NCBI RefSeq assembly: GCF_006345805.1
Contig: NW_021835015.1
Span: 1-60,390 of the forward strand
DNA: 60,390 nucleotides
Direction of reading: 5' to 3'
Source: Octopus sinensis
Lineage: Eukaryota
Below are positions 26,228 through 39,111 of this stretch, piece after piece; position 1 is the stretch's first letter; each line of letters begins with the position of its first letter. The notes beneath the pieces were generated by a model. It worked only from the letters and a program-made list of their open reading frames with translations. It ran no database searches and was not told where the DNA came from. Made by a program: the position numbers and the translations under genes.

Positions 26228-26333
<106 letters not shown>

Positions 26334-26639
26334 TACATATATGTATATATTGTGTGTACAGTTAGATGCACAACTGCTACTGTTGAGTTTCAAACTCCAT
26401 GCATAATATCAGCATCCAATCTGCTTCCAGTAAAGTGGTGTGGTTACTACTATACTTAGTAGTGTTACTGAACATATATAAAATAATGCAATAAAGTGTT
26501 GTCTTGATGATATACTGTGGTGTTCAGTAACCAATTGCACTTGGAACATAGGGTGCAAAGGTTAAAAATTTGAAAATAAACACAACTGAAATGTATGGAG
26601 AAAACAAACTTGCATTTAATCATTTCTTCAGCATATATA

Positions 26640-27050
26640 CAGGGTGTGATGGGTAAATTGTCACCATTTCATAGTTTTAATTTTACACATGTGCATTGTT
26701 TGTTTTTGATTTTGTTAATTACACAGTATACTAGGGTCAGTTGAGCACCATCTGTGTGAAAAACAGTACCATGACACGATTTACTCTGCCAGAAATTTGG
26801 AAATGAGATGCCTTACTGGTTGGCATTCATGCCGGACACTCCAATAAAAACAGATGGTGAATGCACAGAATCACTGACTTGCCATGTCCCCAAATTATGT
26901 ACCGAGCGTGATAAAAATCAAACATCCAGCCAACATCATGGTGTTTGGAGTGATCACTAGCAATGGCAATGTTATGCTTCCATTCATATTCCCACATGGT
27001 CTCAGACTGAACACAGAGGCTTACATCAAATGCCTGGAGGAGGTATATAT
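26640..27050 (+). mobile_element. Tc1/mariner (maT-like) fragment
   Basis: TA|CAGGGTGT terminus; KHPANIMVFGVITSNGNVMLPFIFPHGLRLNTEAYIKCLEEV. Confidence 0.75.
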
Positions 27051-27059
27051 ATCGTTTTT

Positions 27060-27700
27060 AGAAAAACATAAATCCAGCGAAGCACACTCTAAGAAGTAGA
27101 GTGGTCTATATTTTTCCTGGTGAAGGCCGATTTTTGGGGTTATCCTGGGTTTCCTGTCCATAAAGGGTTTAATTTTATGGCATATCATCAGGCTCCAAAA
27201 CCTGATGACCTATGACCTCTTTAAAATATGGAAGGGAAAGTCTGAATTATCTCCTTTCGCCAATAGCTTCCAACCATAATGCCATCATTCAGCTGAGGGT
27301 AAATAATAGGGGATTATCTCCCTCTCCTGTTAGCTATCACCTTCTAGCAGTTCCCAAAAGGCCAGTAGAAATCTCCTAAAGTGCAAGCATGGCCCAAGAA
27401 TCTCCATTCTGGAGTTAAGTATAGCCCCTGGTTCGAATGAGTCCCTTAGGATTCCCATGCATTCAGCTATGCATAGCTTGCAGCGTTTCATCCCATTTAT
27501 GTAGAGGTCTGAGTTTTTGAGGATTTTCCATAAGATGGAGTGTGGAACTCTGTTGTCTTCTAGTTGCCATATGTGGCTGGCCAGCGATGTTATGTATCTC
27601 CTTTCCAGGACTTTGAAGGATCCAACAATTTCTGGTCCAACAAATATATTTCTGTAGACTTGCAATGTCAGTGTTGTACCTATTATTGTTGTTCACGCCA
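27060..27700 (-). mobile_element. PLE family C 3' fragment (GIY-YIG C-terminus + 3' UTR)
   Basis: LASHIWQL..ILWKIL..KRCKLCIAE..LNSRME..CLHFRRFLL. Confidence 0.75.
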
Positions 27701-27900
27701 CTGTAGCTGCTGTTGATGTTGCTATGTCAAAGCAAGGGCTGCTGGTATTAGTGGTGGTGGTTGCATCGGTAATGTTACTGCCCCTGCATATGTTACCAGC
27801 AAAGCACTTCTTTATGTTGTTACTAATGCTGCCAATGTTGTTGCTGCCATACATACACACATATATATACACACACCTGTGGGTGTATGTGTGTGCGTAT

Positions 27901-28030
27901 TCTCTTTCTCTTTTTACTTGTTTCAGTCATTTTGACTGCGGCCATGCTGGAGCACCGCCTTTAATCGAGCAACTCGACACCAGGACTTATTCTTTGTAAG
28001 CCCAGTACTTATTCTATCAGTCTCTTTTGC
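27901..28030 (-). mobile_element. SINE 3' fragment
   Basis: Reverse complement of 34600-34715. Confidence 0.85.
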
Positions 28031-28770
28031 TAAACGAGCATTAGTGGTAACGACAATGATAGTGATGCTAGCATTATTGACATTTTGGAAATTAATAAGA
28101 ACTAATAAAAAGTAACCTTGACTCTCTATATCTGCATTTGGATATTAATATATGTATGTTTTTCTACATTGTAATTATCACAACATTAAGTTAAGAAACT
28201 GTAACATTGAATGTGGAGCATATATATGTTTATTAATTTTTATCATTTATATCATTATGTATATTTATATTTATATGTATATGAGTATGAGTATATGCAC
28301 TCATATGTATATGAGTATGAGTATATGCACTCATATGTATATGTATATGTTTTATTATGGGTATATACCCACACCTTTATAAGTATACATGTAATCTAAT
28401 TTGTAATCTCCGAAGAGGCCTTAAGATGTTTCTGTAAATGTCTCATTTATAACTACATATTGACCTACCATATATGGCTAATATGAGTTGAATGAGACAT
28501 GCTTATCTACATGGCCGAAACAGCTGTAAGATATAGTCTATATTTATATTTATATGTACTTATATTTATGTTCTATTATACGTATTCTACTTATTGTATA
28601 ACATTACTATTTTATGTACACTCCTTCATGTACACTGTTTTACCCTGCATTATTATGTTTAACCTTATAGTTTCTTATGTAGTGGTTTAATAAAGTATGT
28701 GATTGAGTATTATCTGGTAATTGATATTTGATTTGATGTATTTCTCCATTTTCTTATTTTGTATATATAT
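28030..28770 (+). mobile_element. PLE-B 3' end fragment ending in (TA)n
   Basis: Aligns with 48150-48850 and with the reverse complement of 53030-53500. Confidence 0.8.
28406..28532 (+). ncRNA. Minimal hammerhead ribozyme (PLE-B), U4C core variant
   Basis: ATCT-CCGAAGA-GGCC..GGCC-GAAA-C-AGCT-G-TA-AGAT. Confidence 0.8.
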
Positions 28771-28953
28771 ATTATATATATATATATATATATACAAAAT
28801 AAGAAAATGGAGAAATACATCAAATCAAATATCAATTATATATATAGAAATTCGGGGTGAGTACTTGATAATTGTAAGCACCTGTATATACCGTTTGGTG
28901 GTGTAGGTGGAGGAGTAAATTGATCAAAATAAAAACATGATGCCAAGGATTCA

Positions 28954-29031
28954 GCGGTACATATGTTTCGGGCCTTTATTAGACAGATTTATAACAATGC
29001 ATAATGTATGTCTGTGGCCTTCTTCAGCCGC
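28954..29031 (-). ncRNA. Minimal hammerhead ribozyme in the left arm of the palindrome
   Basis: GCGG-CUGAAGA-A-GGCC..GGCC-C-GAAA-C-AUAU-G-UA-CCGC; A-C mismatch at the base of stem II. Confidence 0.72.
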
Positions 29032-29305
29032 GCACAACAACTTCCACAAGGACATGTGTTACATCAAAAATTCTTGGTTGGGGATGCAAATCCTCTCATT
29101 TGCGTACGACATAATGCGGCAGCAGCATAGAATTGAAGCGTCCATCTCGTTCCTCTCTCAATGTAGAATTCTACATTGAGAGAAGAACGAGATGGACGCT
29201 TCAATTCTATGCTGCTGCCGCATTATGTCGTACGCGATTGAGAGGATTTGCATCCCCAACCAAGAATTTTTGATGTAACACATGTCCTTGTGGAAGTTGT
29301 TGTGC

Positions 29306-29383
29306 GCGGCTGAAGAAGGCCACAGACATACATAATGCATTGTTATAAATCTGTCTAATAAAGGCCCCAAACATATGTACCGC
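29306..29383 (+). ncRNA. Hammerhead copy in the right arm with GAAA>CAAA (G12C; predicted dead)
   Basis: Same fold as 28954-29031, but nt 29368 is C. Confidence 0.65.
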
Positions 29384-29416
29384 TGAATCCTTGGCATCAT
29401 GTTTTTTATTTTGATC

Positions 29417-29462
<46 letters not shown>

Positions 29463-29469
29463 TATATAT

Positions 29470-29895
29470 AGTTATTTATTTCTATTTGTTTATTTATCCG
29501 TGTATTTATTATGTTTTCGGGATCCTCTATCGTCATATGTTGTAGTGTGTGCTAGTGCTCCATTCTAGTTTTCTATTCAGGCTAGGTTTATTTTCTATTA
29601 TGTGTGTAGCTTCTGTAATTTGTCTAATTGTTGCATATGTTCTATGTGTGGACAATATTTTAATTTCTATGTTATTAATTGATCCCCCGTGTTCCTGTTC
29701 AGCGTGTTGATAGAGAATCGATGAGCTTTTACCTTCCTTGAATTGTCTCCAATGTTCATTTATATATGTATGTATATGTATGTATGTATATATATGTATG
29801 TATATGTATGTATATATATATGTATGTATATATATATGTATATATATACATATATATATATATATACAGAAATATATATACATATATATATATAC

Positions 29896-29941
<46 letters not shown>

Positions 29942-30265
29942 GCATAGAGATATAAGCATGCGCAAATGAAGACATACAATAGAAATACAAAATGGCTCAC
30001 GGTTAGTAAGGAGAGACACAAATAAGAAAGAAGAAAACAAAGAACCACTGATGTGGTCACAGGAGTGTGACGACAGAACTCTGGCCGAAATAAGATTAAG
30101 ATTAATGTAAAAAATAAATAACACTGAAGCAAAATAACACCAAATATATAGTGTGTGTGTTTTTATTGGCTAAACTGGCAAAATGACCATTCCGAAATAT
30201 AACAATATCTGTTTCAACACACGACTTCACATAAAAAATCTTGCACAACAAATATTTAAACGTAT
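29470..30265. mobile_element. Rearranged PLE family D fragments (GIY-YIG end on the minus strand, 3' UTR piece on the plus strand)
   Basis: 29470-29760 is the reverse complement of 32030-32340; 29940-30265 matches 32635-32960. Confidence 0.8.
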
Positions 30266-30297
30266 ATATACATATACATATACATATATATACATAC

Positions 30298-30364
<67 letters not shown>

Positions 30365-30369
30365 GTTAA

Positions 30370-31320
30370 TTAGAGACCTTTAAAAGATATGGTTTAAGTA
30401 TTACTATATATAAGGAGAATTATAATGTTAATTATTTAGATGTTAATTTTAATCTAATACTGGTAAAACACAACCATATCATAAACTTAATGAGAACCTT
30501 AGATATATAAATGTTAATAGTAATCACCCATTTTCTATTAAAAAATCGTTGATTAATAATATAAGTATACATATTCATTACTCTCTTATGATATAGAAGA
30601 TTTTTAATAAACATGCTAATTATTATAATGAGGCCCTTAGAGGGGCAGGTTATAATAGGAATATTAAATTTTATAATATTAGTGATAAAGATTTAAATGA
30701 TAATTTTCGAGATACTTTTAATAATAATTATAATTTTGTTAGTTTTAGTGGTAAAAATAATAGATATTATAAAAATAATAATAATAATGATAAAAATAAA
30801 AATAAGAATAAAAATAATAATAATAATAATACAAATAAGAATAATAAAAATAAAAATAAATTTAATAATAATTATAATAATTATATTGATAAAATTAATA
30901 ATATTAATAATTCCTTAAATGCTGTACATAGATATAATTCTGATAATAATTTTAATAAAATAAAGAATTATAAATATATTTATAATAATGACAATAATTA
31001 TAAGGTTAATAAGAATAAAATTTGGTTAATAGTTCCTTATGGAGATCAAGTAAAAACGAATATTATCAACGAGATTTTAGATGTTATAGAACTATTTATT
31101 AGAGATAATCGTAAATATAGAAACATTTTCTCTAGTAATAATTTTGGAGTAGGTTTTCCACCACTAATAATGTAGGTAACATTATTTCTTCATTTAATAA
31201 TTTAAACTGAATAATTTTATAAAAAGAAATTATTTGATAATAATAATAATAATGATAAGACTTATATTAATTGTACTTGTAGAGATAAATCTAATTGTAT
31301 ATTAAATAATAATTGTATAT
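30370..31320 (+). mobile_element. Extremely AT-rich PLE fragment (family E; RT thumb to Cys-linker)
   Basis: Frameshifted translation FKRYGLSITI, NYLDV, PYHKLNENLRYINVNSNHP, FWLIVPYGDQVKTNI, CTCRDKSNCILNNNC, collinear with PLE-A and PLE-B. Confidence 0.78.
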
Positions 31321-31325
31321 ATATA

Positions 31326-31380
<55 letters not shown>

Positions 31381-31385
<5 letters not shown>

Positions 31386-31842
31386 ATATTTCGGAATGGT
31401 CATATTGCCAGTTTAGCCAATAAAAACACACGCACTATATATTTGGTGTTATTTTGCTTCAGTGATATTTATTTTTTACATTAATCTTAATCTTATTTCG
31501 ACCGCATCAGTGGTCCTTTGTTTTCTTCTCACTTATTTGTGTCTCTCCTTACTAACCGTCAGCCATTTTGTATTTCTATTGCATGTCTTCATTGCGCATG
31601 CTTATATCTCTATGTGCGTCTATGTTTATTTAGTGTGTGTGTGGGGGGATGCCTGTAATATTTGTATCTTCTGTTTATATACATTCTTGTAATTTGTATT
31701 TTGTTTTTGTTGTTGTTGCTTTTGTTCTAATTTTGTTCATGTGTTTACATCCACCCATTATTATCATTACATATGCTTGTATGTATGTATAACAACAATA
31801 TTAGTAATAATAATAATAAATCTAATCGAAAGAAAAAATATA

Positions 31843-31884
<42 letters not shown>

Positions 31885-32960
31885 TACACATATACACATA
31901 TACATGGTACAGAATCGATGAGCTTTTACCTTCTTTGAGTTGTCTCCAATGTTCATTCACCCGCTCTCCAATACTTCTTGCAGTAACGAGACAGTAACAT
32001 ACGTAGGGGAAACAGCAAGAAGCATTGGAGAGCGGGTGAATGAACATTGGAGACAACTCAAGGAAGGTAAAAGCTCATCGATTCTGTACCAACACGCCGA
32101 ACAGGAACACGGGGGATCAATCAATAACATAGAGATTAAGATATTGTCCACACATAGAACAGATGCAACAATTAGACAAATTACAGAAGCTACACATATA
32201 ATAGAAAATAAACCTAGCCTGAATAGAAAACTAGAATGGAGCAATAGCACACACCACACATATGACGATAGAGATCCTGAAAACATAATAAATACACAGA
32301 TAAATAAACAGATAGAAATGAATAACTATATATATGTATATATATCTATGTATGTATATGTGTTATATATATATATGTATATGTGTTAATGTGTGTGTAT
32401 ATATATATATGTAATATATATTTTTTTTTCGATTAGATTTATTATTATTATTACTAATATTGTTGTTATACATCATACAAGCATATGTATGATAATATGG
32501 GTGGATGTAAACACATGAACAAAATTAGAACAAAAGCAACAACAACAAAAACAATACAACTTACAAGAATGTATATAAACAGAAGATACAAATATTACAG
32601 GCATCCCCCCACACACACACTAATAAACATAGACGCACATAGAGATATAAGCATGCGCAAATGAAGACATGCAATAGAAATACAAAAGGCTGACGGTTAG
32701 TAAGGAGAGACACAAATAAGTGAGAAGAAAACAAGGACCACTGATGTGGTCACAGGAGTGTGACGAAAGAACTTTGGCCGAAATAAGATTAATAATGTAA
32801 AAAATAATATCACTGAAGCAAAATAACACCAAATATATAGTGCGTGTGTTTTTATTGGCTAAACTGGCAATATGACCATTCCGAAATATAACAATATCTG
32901 TTTCAACACACACACGACTTCACATAAAAAATCTTGCACAACAAATATTTAAACGTATAT
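31381..32960. mobile_element. PLE family D fold-back (GIY-YIG + 3' UTR on the plus strand, with an inverted partial copy)
   Basis: [30 protein letters not shown]; inner arms 31905-31981/32015-32091; outer arms 31381-31850/32410-32895. Confidence 0.85.
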
Positions 32961-32969
32961 ATATACATG

Positions 32970-33028
<59 letters not shown>

Positions 33029-33082
33029 ATATATTATAATATTATACATACATATATATATATTATATCCATATATAACAAC

Positions 33083-33117
<35 letters not shown>

Positions 33118-33154
33118 CATACATACACACATACATACATACATACATACATAC

Positions 33155-33200
<46 letters not shown>

Positions 33201-33379
33201 ATTATCATATATATATATACACACATATACATATATATATAGATATGTATAAGATATCTATATATATATATATATATAAACATATATCATATATAATTAT
33301 CATATATATATATATATCATTTTTTTTTGCTCGTTTACTTTGTCTTCCCTCCTGGAGCTATATGAACATTTAATGTGGT

Positions 33380-33665
33380 TTTAGAGTCAAGTTTTGACTA
33401 CTATTTCTGCGTGGTGGTATCTCTTAGATACCCTAAATTATAATTTTATATATACGTTCCTCGTTCCACGTCCTCGCGCTGTTGTGTTTTGTCTTTGTTT
33501 TCATGTCTTTGTTTTCATCTTTCACTTTCCTATATTTCTGATGAAGAGCTCCAATCAAAATGTTAAATCCCCTTTCTTTCTTTTCCGGAGTGTTCAATAA
33601 CACTATACTCGTTCCACGTCCTCGCGCTGTTGTGTTTTGTCTTTGTTTTCATGTTTGGATTAACT
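33380..33665 (+). mobile_element. Non-autonomous PLE-type end (family F) with pLTR-like direct repeat and decayed HHR
   Basis: 47-bp direct repeat at 33460-33507 and 33608-33654; CTGATGAAGAGC..AAAATGTTA; homologous to 37180-37330. Confidence 0.55.
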
Positions 33666-33690
33666 ATATATCTATATATATATATATATA

Positions 33691-33794
33691 GGGATATTAG
33701 CCAAACGAATATGGCTAGGACAGGGCAGGGTGGTGGGGGTGTCACCCCCACCACCCTGCCCTGTCCCTAGCCATATTCAGTTGGCTAATATCCC
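33691..33794. repeat. 104-bp GC-rich near-perfect hairpin (MITE-like) within TA repeats
   Basis: GGGATATTAGCCAA...GGGGGTG-T-CACCCCC...TTGGCTAATATCCC. Confidence 0.85.
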
Positions 33795-34273
33795 TTATAT
33801 TACGGAGCAGTCACTGTCTATATCTCATTTAGAGAATTATTATTGCTATATATATATATATATATATATAATACATATCATATACATATATATATATATA
33901 TATACACACATATATATATATATATATACATATTATATATAAATATATGATATATTATCATATATATATATGTATCATATATATAGATATATATATATAT
34001 ATATGATATATATATCTGACATTATTCGTAGCATGATAAAACTCCGAGAATTGCAACATATTATATTTACAGATAAATCCTCTATTTACAGAATCGTCGA
34101 GGTCTCCATTCTTTTGTTGTCTTACCATTTCTCTCTCTCTCTCTCTCTCTATATCTATATATATATATATATATAATATGATATTTATATATATGATATG
34201 TGTATATATATATGATAGTATATATATATATATATATATATATATCTATATATATATATATATTATATATATA

Positions 34274-34311
<38 letters not shown>

Positions 34312-34313
34312 CA

Positions 34314-34720
34314 CAGGAGTGGCTGTGTGGTAAGTAGCTTGTTTACCAACCGTATGGTTCCGGGTTCAGTCCCACTGCGTGGCACCTTGGGCAAGTGTCT
34401 TCTACTATAGCCTCGGGCCGACCAAAGCCTTGTGTGTGAATTTGGTAGATGGAAACTGAAAGAAGCCCGTCGTATATATGTATATATATGTATATGTGTG
34501 TGTATGAGTTTGTATGTCTGTTTGTCCCCCCAACATCACTTGACAGCCGATGCTGGTGTGTTTATGTCCCCGTCACTTAGCGGTTCGGCAAAGAGACCAA
34601 TAGAATAAGTACTGGGCTTACAAAGAATAAGTCTCGGGGTCGAGTTGCTCGACTAAAGGCGGTGCTCCAGCATGGCCGCAGTCAAAATGGCTGAAACAAG
34701 TAAAAGAGTAAAAGAGAGAG
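34314..34720 (+). mobile_element. tRNA-derived SINE (octopus OK/OR-like), full length
   Basis: A-box-like TGGCTGTGTGG and B-box-like GGTTCAGTCCC; tail TGAAACAAGTAAAAGA. Confidence 0.85.
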
Positions 34721-34734
34721 TATATATACATATA

Positions 34735-35128
34735 TAGTAGCTTGCTAACCAACCACATGGTTGCGGGTTCAGTCCCACTGCGTGGCATCTTGGGCAAGTG
34801 TCTTCTGCTATAGCCCCCCGGGCCGACCAATGCCTTGTGAGTGTATTTGGTAGACGGAAACTGAAAGAAGGGTGTCGTATTTGTATGTATATATATATAT
34901 GTGTGTTTGTGTGTGTTTGGTGTGTCTGTTTTTGTCCCCCTAGCATTGCTTGACAACCGATGCTGGTGTGTCACTCCCCGTCCCCGCCACTTAGCGGTTC
35001 GGCAAAAGAGACCGATAGAATAGTACTGGGCTTACAAAGAATAAGTTCCGGGGTCGATTTCATCGACTAAAGGCGGTGCTCCAGCATGGCCGCAGTCAAA
35101 TGACTGAAACAAGTAAAAGAGTAAAAGA
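34735..35128 (+). mobile_element. Second tandem SINE copy, 5'-clipped
   Basis: Collinear with 34330-34715. Confidence 0.85.
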
Positions 35129-35129
35129 G

Positions 35130-35178
<49 letters not shown>

Positions 35179-35262
35179 TATACTATATATATATAATATA
35201 TAGATAGATAGATATACATATATATATGTACATATATATACATATCATATATATATATACAT

Positions 35263-35310
<48 letters not shown>

Positions 35311-35359
35311 AATATATATAATATATATATATATACATATATATATATTATATATATAT

Positions 35360-35397
<38 letters not shown>

Positions 35398-35496
35398 GAT
35401 AGATAGATAGATAGATAGATATACATATATATGTACATATATACGATCATATATATATACATATCATATATATATATACATATCATATAATATATA

Positions 35497-35542
<46 letters not shown>

Positions 35543-36850
35543 AAATATATATATATATATATACATATTTATTTACACACATACACCCGTACAACATACA
35601 CCACACTTACATACACACACATACATACACACTTACACACATACACACACCACATACATCACACAAAAACGACACGATAAACATATACATACACACACAC
35701 ATTCACACATACATATATACATACCATACATACACCCTACATACATAGATACTACATACACAAACATACATATAACATACATATACACACCACATACCAC
35801 ACACACACGCACAACTACTACATACACACAATACATACAATACATACATACACATACACACACACATACACACACATACATACATACATACGCACATACA
35901 TACACACACATATACACACATACACACACACATACACACACATATATATACATACATACATACACACACATACACACATACATGCATGCACACATACATA
36001 CATACATACATACATACATACATACACACACATACATATACATACATATGTACACACACGCACATACACACATACACGCATGCAAAAAAACATACATACA
36101 CACATACGTACATACATACATACACACACACTTACACACATACACACACACATACATACGTACGTACGTACATACATGCACACACACATACATACACACA
36201 CACATACATACATACATACATACATACATACATACATACATACATACATACACACACACATACACACATACATACATACACACACGCATACATACACACA
36301 TACACACAAACATACACACATACATACATACACACATGCATACATATACATACATACATACACACATACACACACATACACACATACACACATACAGACA
36401 CACACACATATAAACATATAAACACACATATAAGCCTCTACATTGTACACACACGCACACATATATACATACATTCACTCGCACGCACGTACACACACAC
36501 GCACACACACACATTTACATATATATACACTATACACTCACACACACATACACACGTACAAACACACACAAACTCACATACACACCGACAGATATACATA
36601 CACAATATACACCTATCCGCGCACACACACATACACACAAACACATACAAACGCACACATACACGCACACACATACACGTACATACATACACTCTCACAC
36701 AAATGAACCCACACATACATCCCTACACACACACACGCACGTACAAGCACACACGCACACACGCACTAGGTTAAGCAGTTACTCGCCACACACCCACACT
36801 CTACGCATACACACACGAACACACACATGCACACACACACTACAAACAAC
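35129..36850. repeat. Compound (TA)n/(CA)n/(TACA)n microsatellite field
   Basis: Direct inspection. Confidence 0.95.
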
Positions 36851-37180
36851 ACACACACATGATAAATATAGCCCTTTGTTTTTTGACCTGGCTTTGACAT
36901 GGCTTGATACAAACAGCTAGTAGTCATAAAGGAGTGCCTTATGACAGCTGACTTTGCCATTGCTTATTATTCACCAAAAATACACACACACACGCACAAA
37001 CACACTTGTCATCCTTGCACACACACACACACGCATTCCATTTTTGAAACTCTCTTGCTTTTAAAAACCACGATTCCACTACCTCTCAACTTCTTTTCTT
37101 TCAACATGTGATCTCTTGAGCACCACCAACTCAAATATTTTTTCCTCTGTCTTCCCTTCTTGGGATCTTTCATTCTCTTT

Positions 37181-37215
37181 GTTTCCGACGAAGAGCTCCG
37201 CTCGAAACGTTAAAT
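37181..37215 (+). ncRNA. Ultra-short hammerhead-like motif at a PLE-F end
   Basis: CCGACGA-A-GAGC-TCC-GCTC-GAAA-CGT-TA; AACGTT palindrome replaces stem III; stem I is weak. Confidence 0.5.
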
Positions 37216-37328
37216 CCTCCTTCCCTTCTTTCCTGAGCGTCAATAATACTTTAATTGTTCCACGTCCCGCGTTGCTGTGTTTTTTTTCCTTTTTTTTCTC
37301 TTTTTTCTGTGTTTTCTTGTTTGGATTA

Positions 37329-37371
<43 letters not shown>

Positions 37372-37450
37372 TACATACATACATATCAATATCTATATAT
37401 ACACACACACATATATATATATATATATATCACACATATATATACATATC

Positions 37451-37489
<39 letters not shown>

Positions 37490-37591
37490 CATATATATAT
37501 ATATATATTATATATACACATCATATATATATATATATCATATATATATATATATATATATTATATACATATCATATATATATATATATAT

Positions 37592-38246
37592 CTGGCTGGG
37601 TGGATCCTAAAAACATTCAGAACCAGAGATAAGAAAACTATGATGGTCCTCTGGCGGACATTCGTCCTCAGTCACCTGGATTACTGCTCACAGCTATGGT
37701 CACCCACCAGTGTAAAATTAACAGCGGACCTTGAAGCAATCCAGAGAAGATTCACAAAGAAGATCATCTCTTTGCAACAGCTCAGCTACTGGGAAAGGTT
37801 GAAACAGCTAAGACTCTACTCCCTGGAGAGAAGACGGGAGAGGTATGCAATAATATATGTCTGGAAGATCCTGGAAGGAATTGTGCCAAATTCTGGCATT
37901 GTAAGCTACACCAATGCTAGAACGGGACGACACTGCATAGTGCCAAAGATCCCAGCAATGCCATCATGCTTCAGGACCAGCTTCTGCAACAGCCTGGGTT
38001 TCAAGGGCCCACAGCTTTTTAATATTCTCCCAAAGAGTCTGCGGAACTTGCACAAAGTAGATGTAGTGGTTTTTAAATCAAAGCTGGACATCTTCCTGTC
38101 AAGAGTCCCAGATGAACCTACCTCATGGCAAGAGGCACAAATGAGAGTAGCTATATCAAACTCCATTCTTCACCAAGTGCCGAGGTTCGTCATAATAACA
38201 GTGTATCACAAAACGGCGGTGCATCAGCATGGCCGCAGCTCTGAGC
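37592..38246 (+). mobile_element. 5'-truncated CR1-group LINE fragment (diverged relative of copy 1)
   Basis: LAGWILKTFRTR..LYSLERRRERYA..GPQLFNILP..VPDEP; ends GCTGAAACTAGAAAAAAAA. Confidence 0.9.
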
Positions 38247-38679
38247 TGAAACTAGAAAAAAAATATATATATATACATATATATATGTACATATATATAA
38301 TATATATATATATATATATAATAATATATATATATAATATATATATTATATATATATATATTATTATATATATATATATATATATATAACATACATACAT
38401 ATATATTTCCATCATATATATACTATATCATATGTATATATACATATAAATATCATCAAATACATGTATGTATTTGAATATGTCTTGTTTGATTTACATG
38501 TTTTTCGAGTCAAGTATGTTTTAAATGAAAAAATGATTGAAGTATTCTTTCACAACCAGATGCCTTTCCTGTCATTAACACTTGACTGTGTTTTAATAAG
38601 GAATCTCTTAATTACACATGTCTTGAAAGGCTTGAAGTAAGCAGACAATTTGTCAACCAGAGAAATGACAACAGCAAAC

Positions 38680-38870
38680 CTTGTAGCTTGCAACATTTAT
38701 AGAGCACAAACATAAACAGATGTACACACATATTATAGATAGATTTCTTACAGGTTCCATCTATCAAATTCACTCACAAGGATTTGGTCAATCTGGCTAT
38801 CATAAGTGATACTTGGTGAAGTTGCCATGCACTGGGACTGAACTCAAAACCATATGATTAAGAAGGGAAC
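38680..38870 (-). mobile_element. Degenerate SINE
   Basis: CAAATTCACTCACAAGG..CACTGGGACTGAACTC matches the reverse complement of the SINE head. Confidence 0.6.
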
Positions 38871-38959
38871 TAACGTGCCTGTGCCTTCTATCAGTCTTTC
38901 TTTACGTATGTATGCGTGCATATATATATATATATATATATATGTATTTATATATATAT

Positions 38960-38990
<31 letters not shown>

Positions 38991-38991
38991 G

Positions 38992-39022
<31 letters not shown>

Positions 39023-39111
39023 TACACACATATATAGTATGTAGATAGGGTTGTAATCGAAGCCGTGTCCTCGTGAAGCACACCTGTATATTCCAGTATG
39101 CCAACATAGTA

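Larger units (their letters stand above)
28921..29417. repeat. Spacer-less ~500-bp palindrome centred on GAATTC (29166-71)
   Basis: Arms of ~248 bp differ at about five positions. Confidence 0.95.

Noticed and set aside
27130-27245. CTGATGA on both strands at the PLE-C end
   Set aside because: Arises from the hairpin TCATCAGG..CCTGATGA; stems I and III cannot be built convincingly.
32735-32785. Hammerhead-like motif in the PLE-D 3' UTR (also ~30045)
   Set aside because: Stem GTCAC/GTGAC is present, but the core reads CUGAUGUG and the two copies disagree after it; at best a relic.
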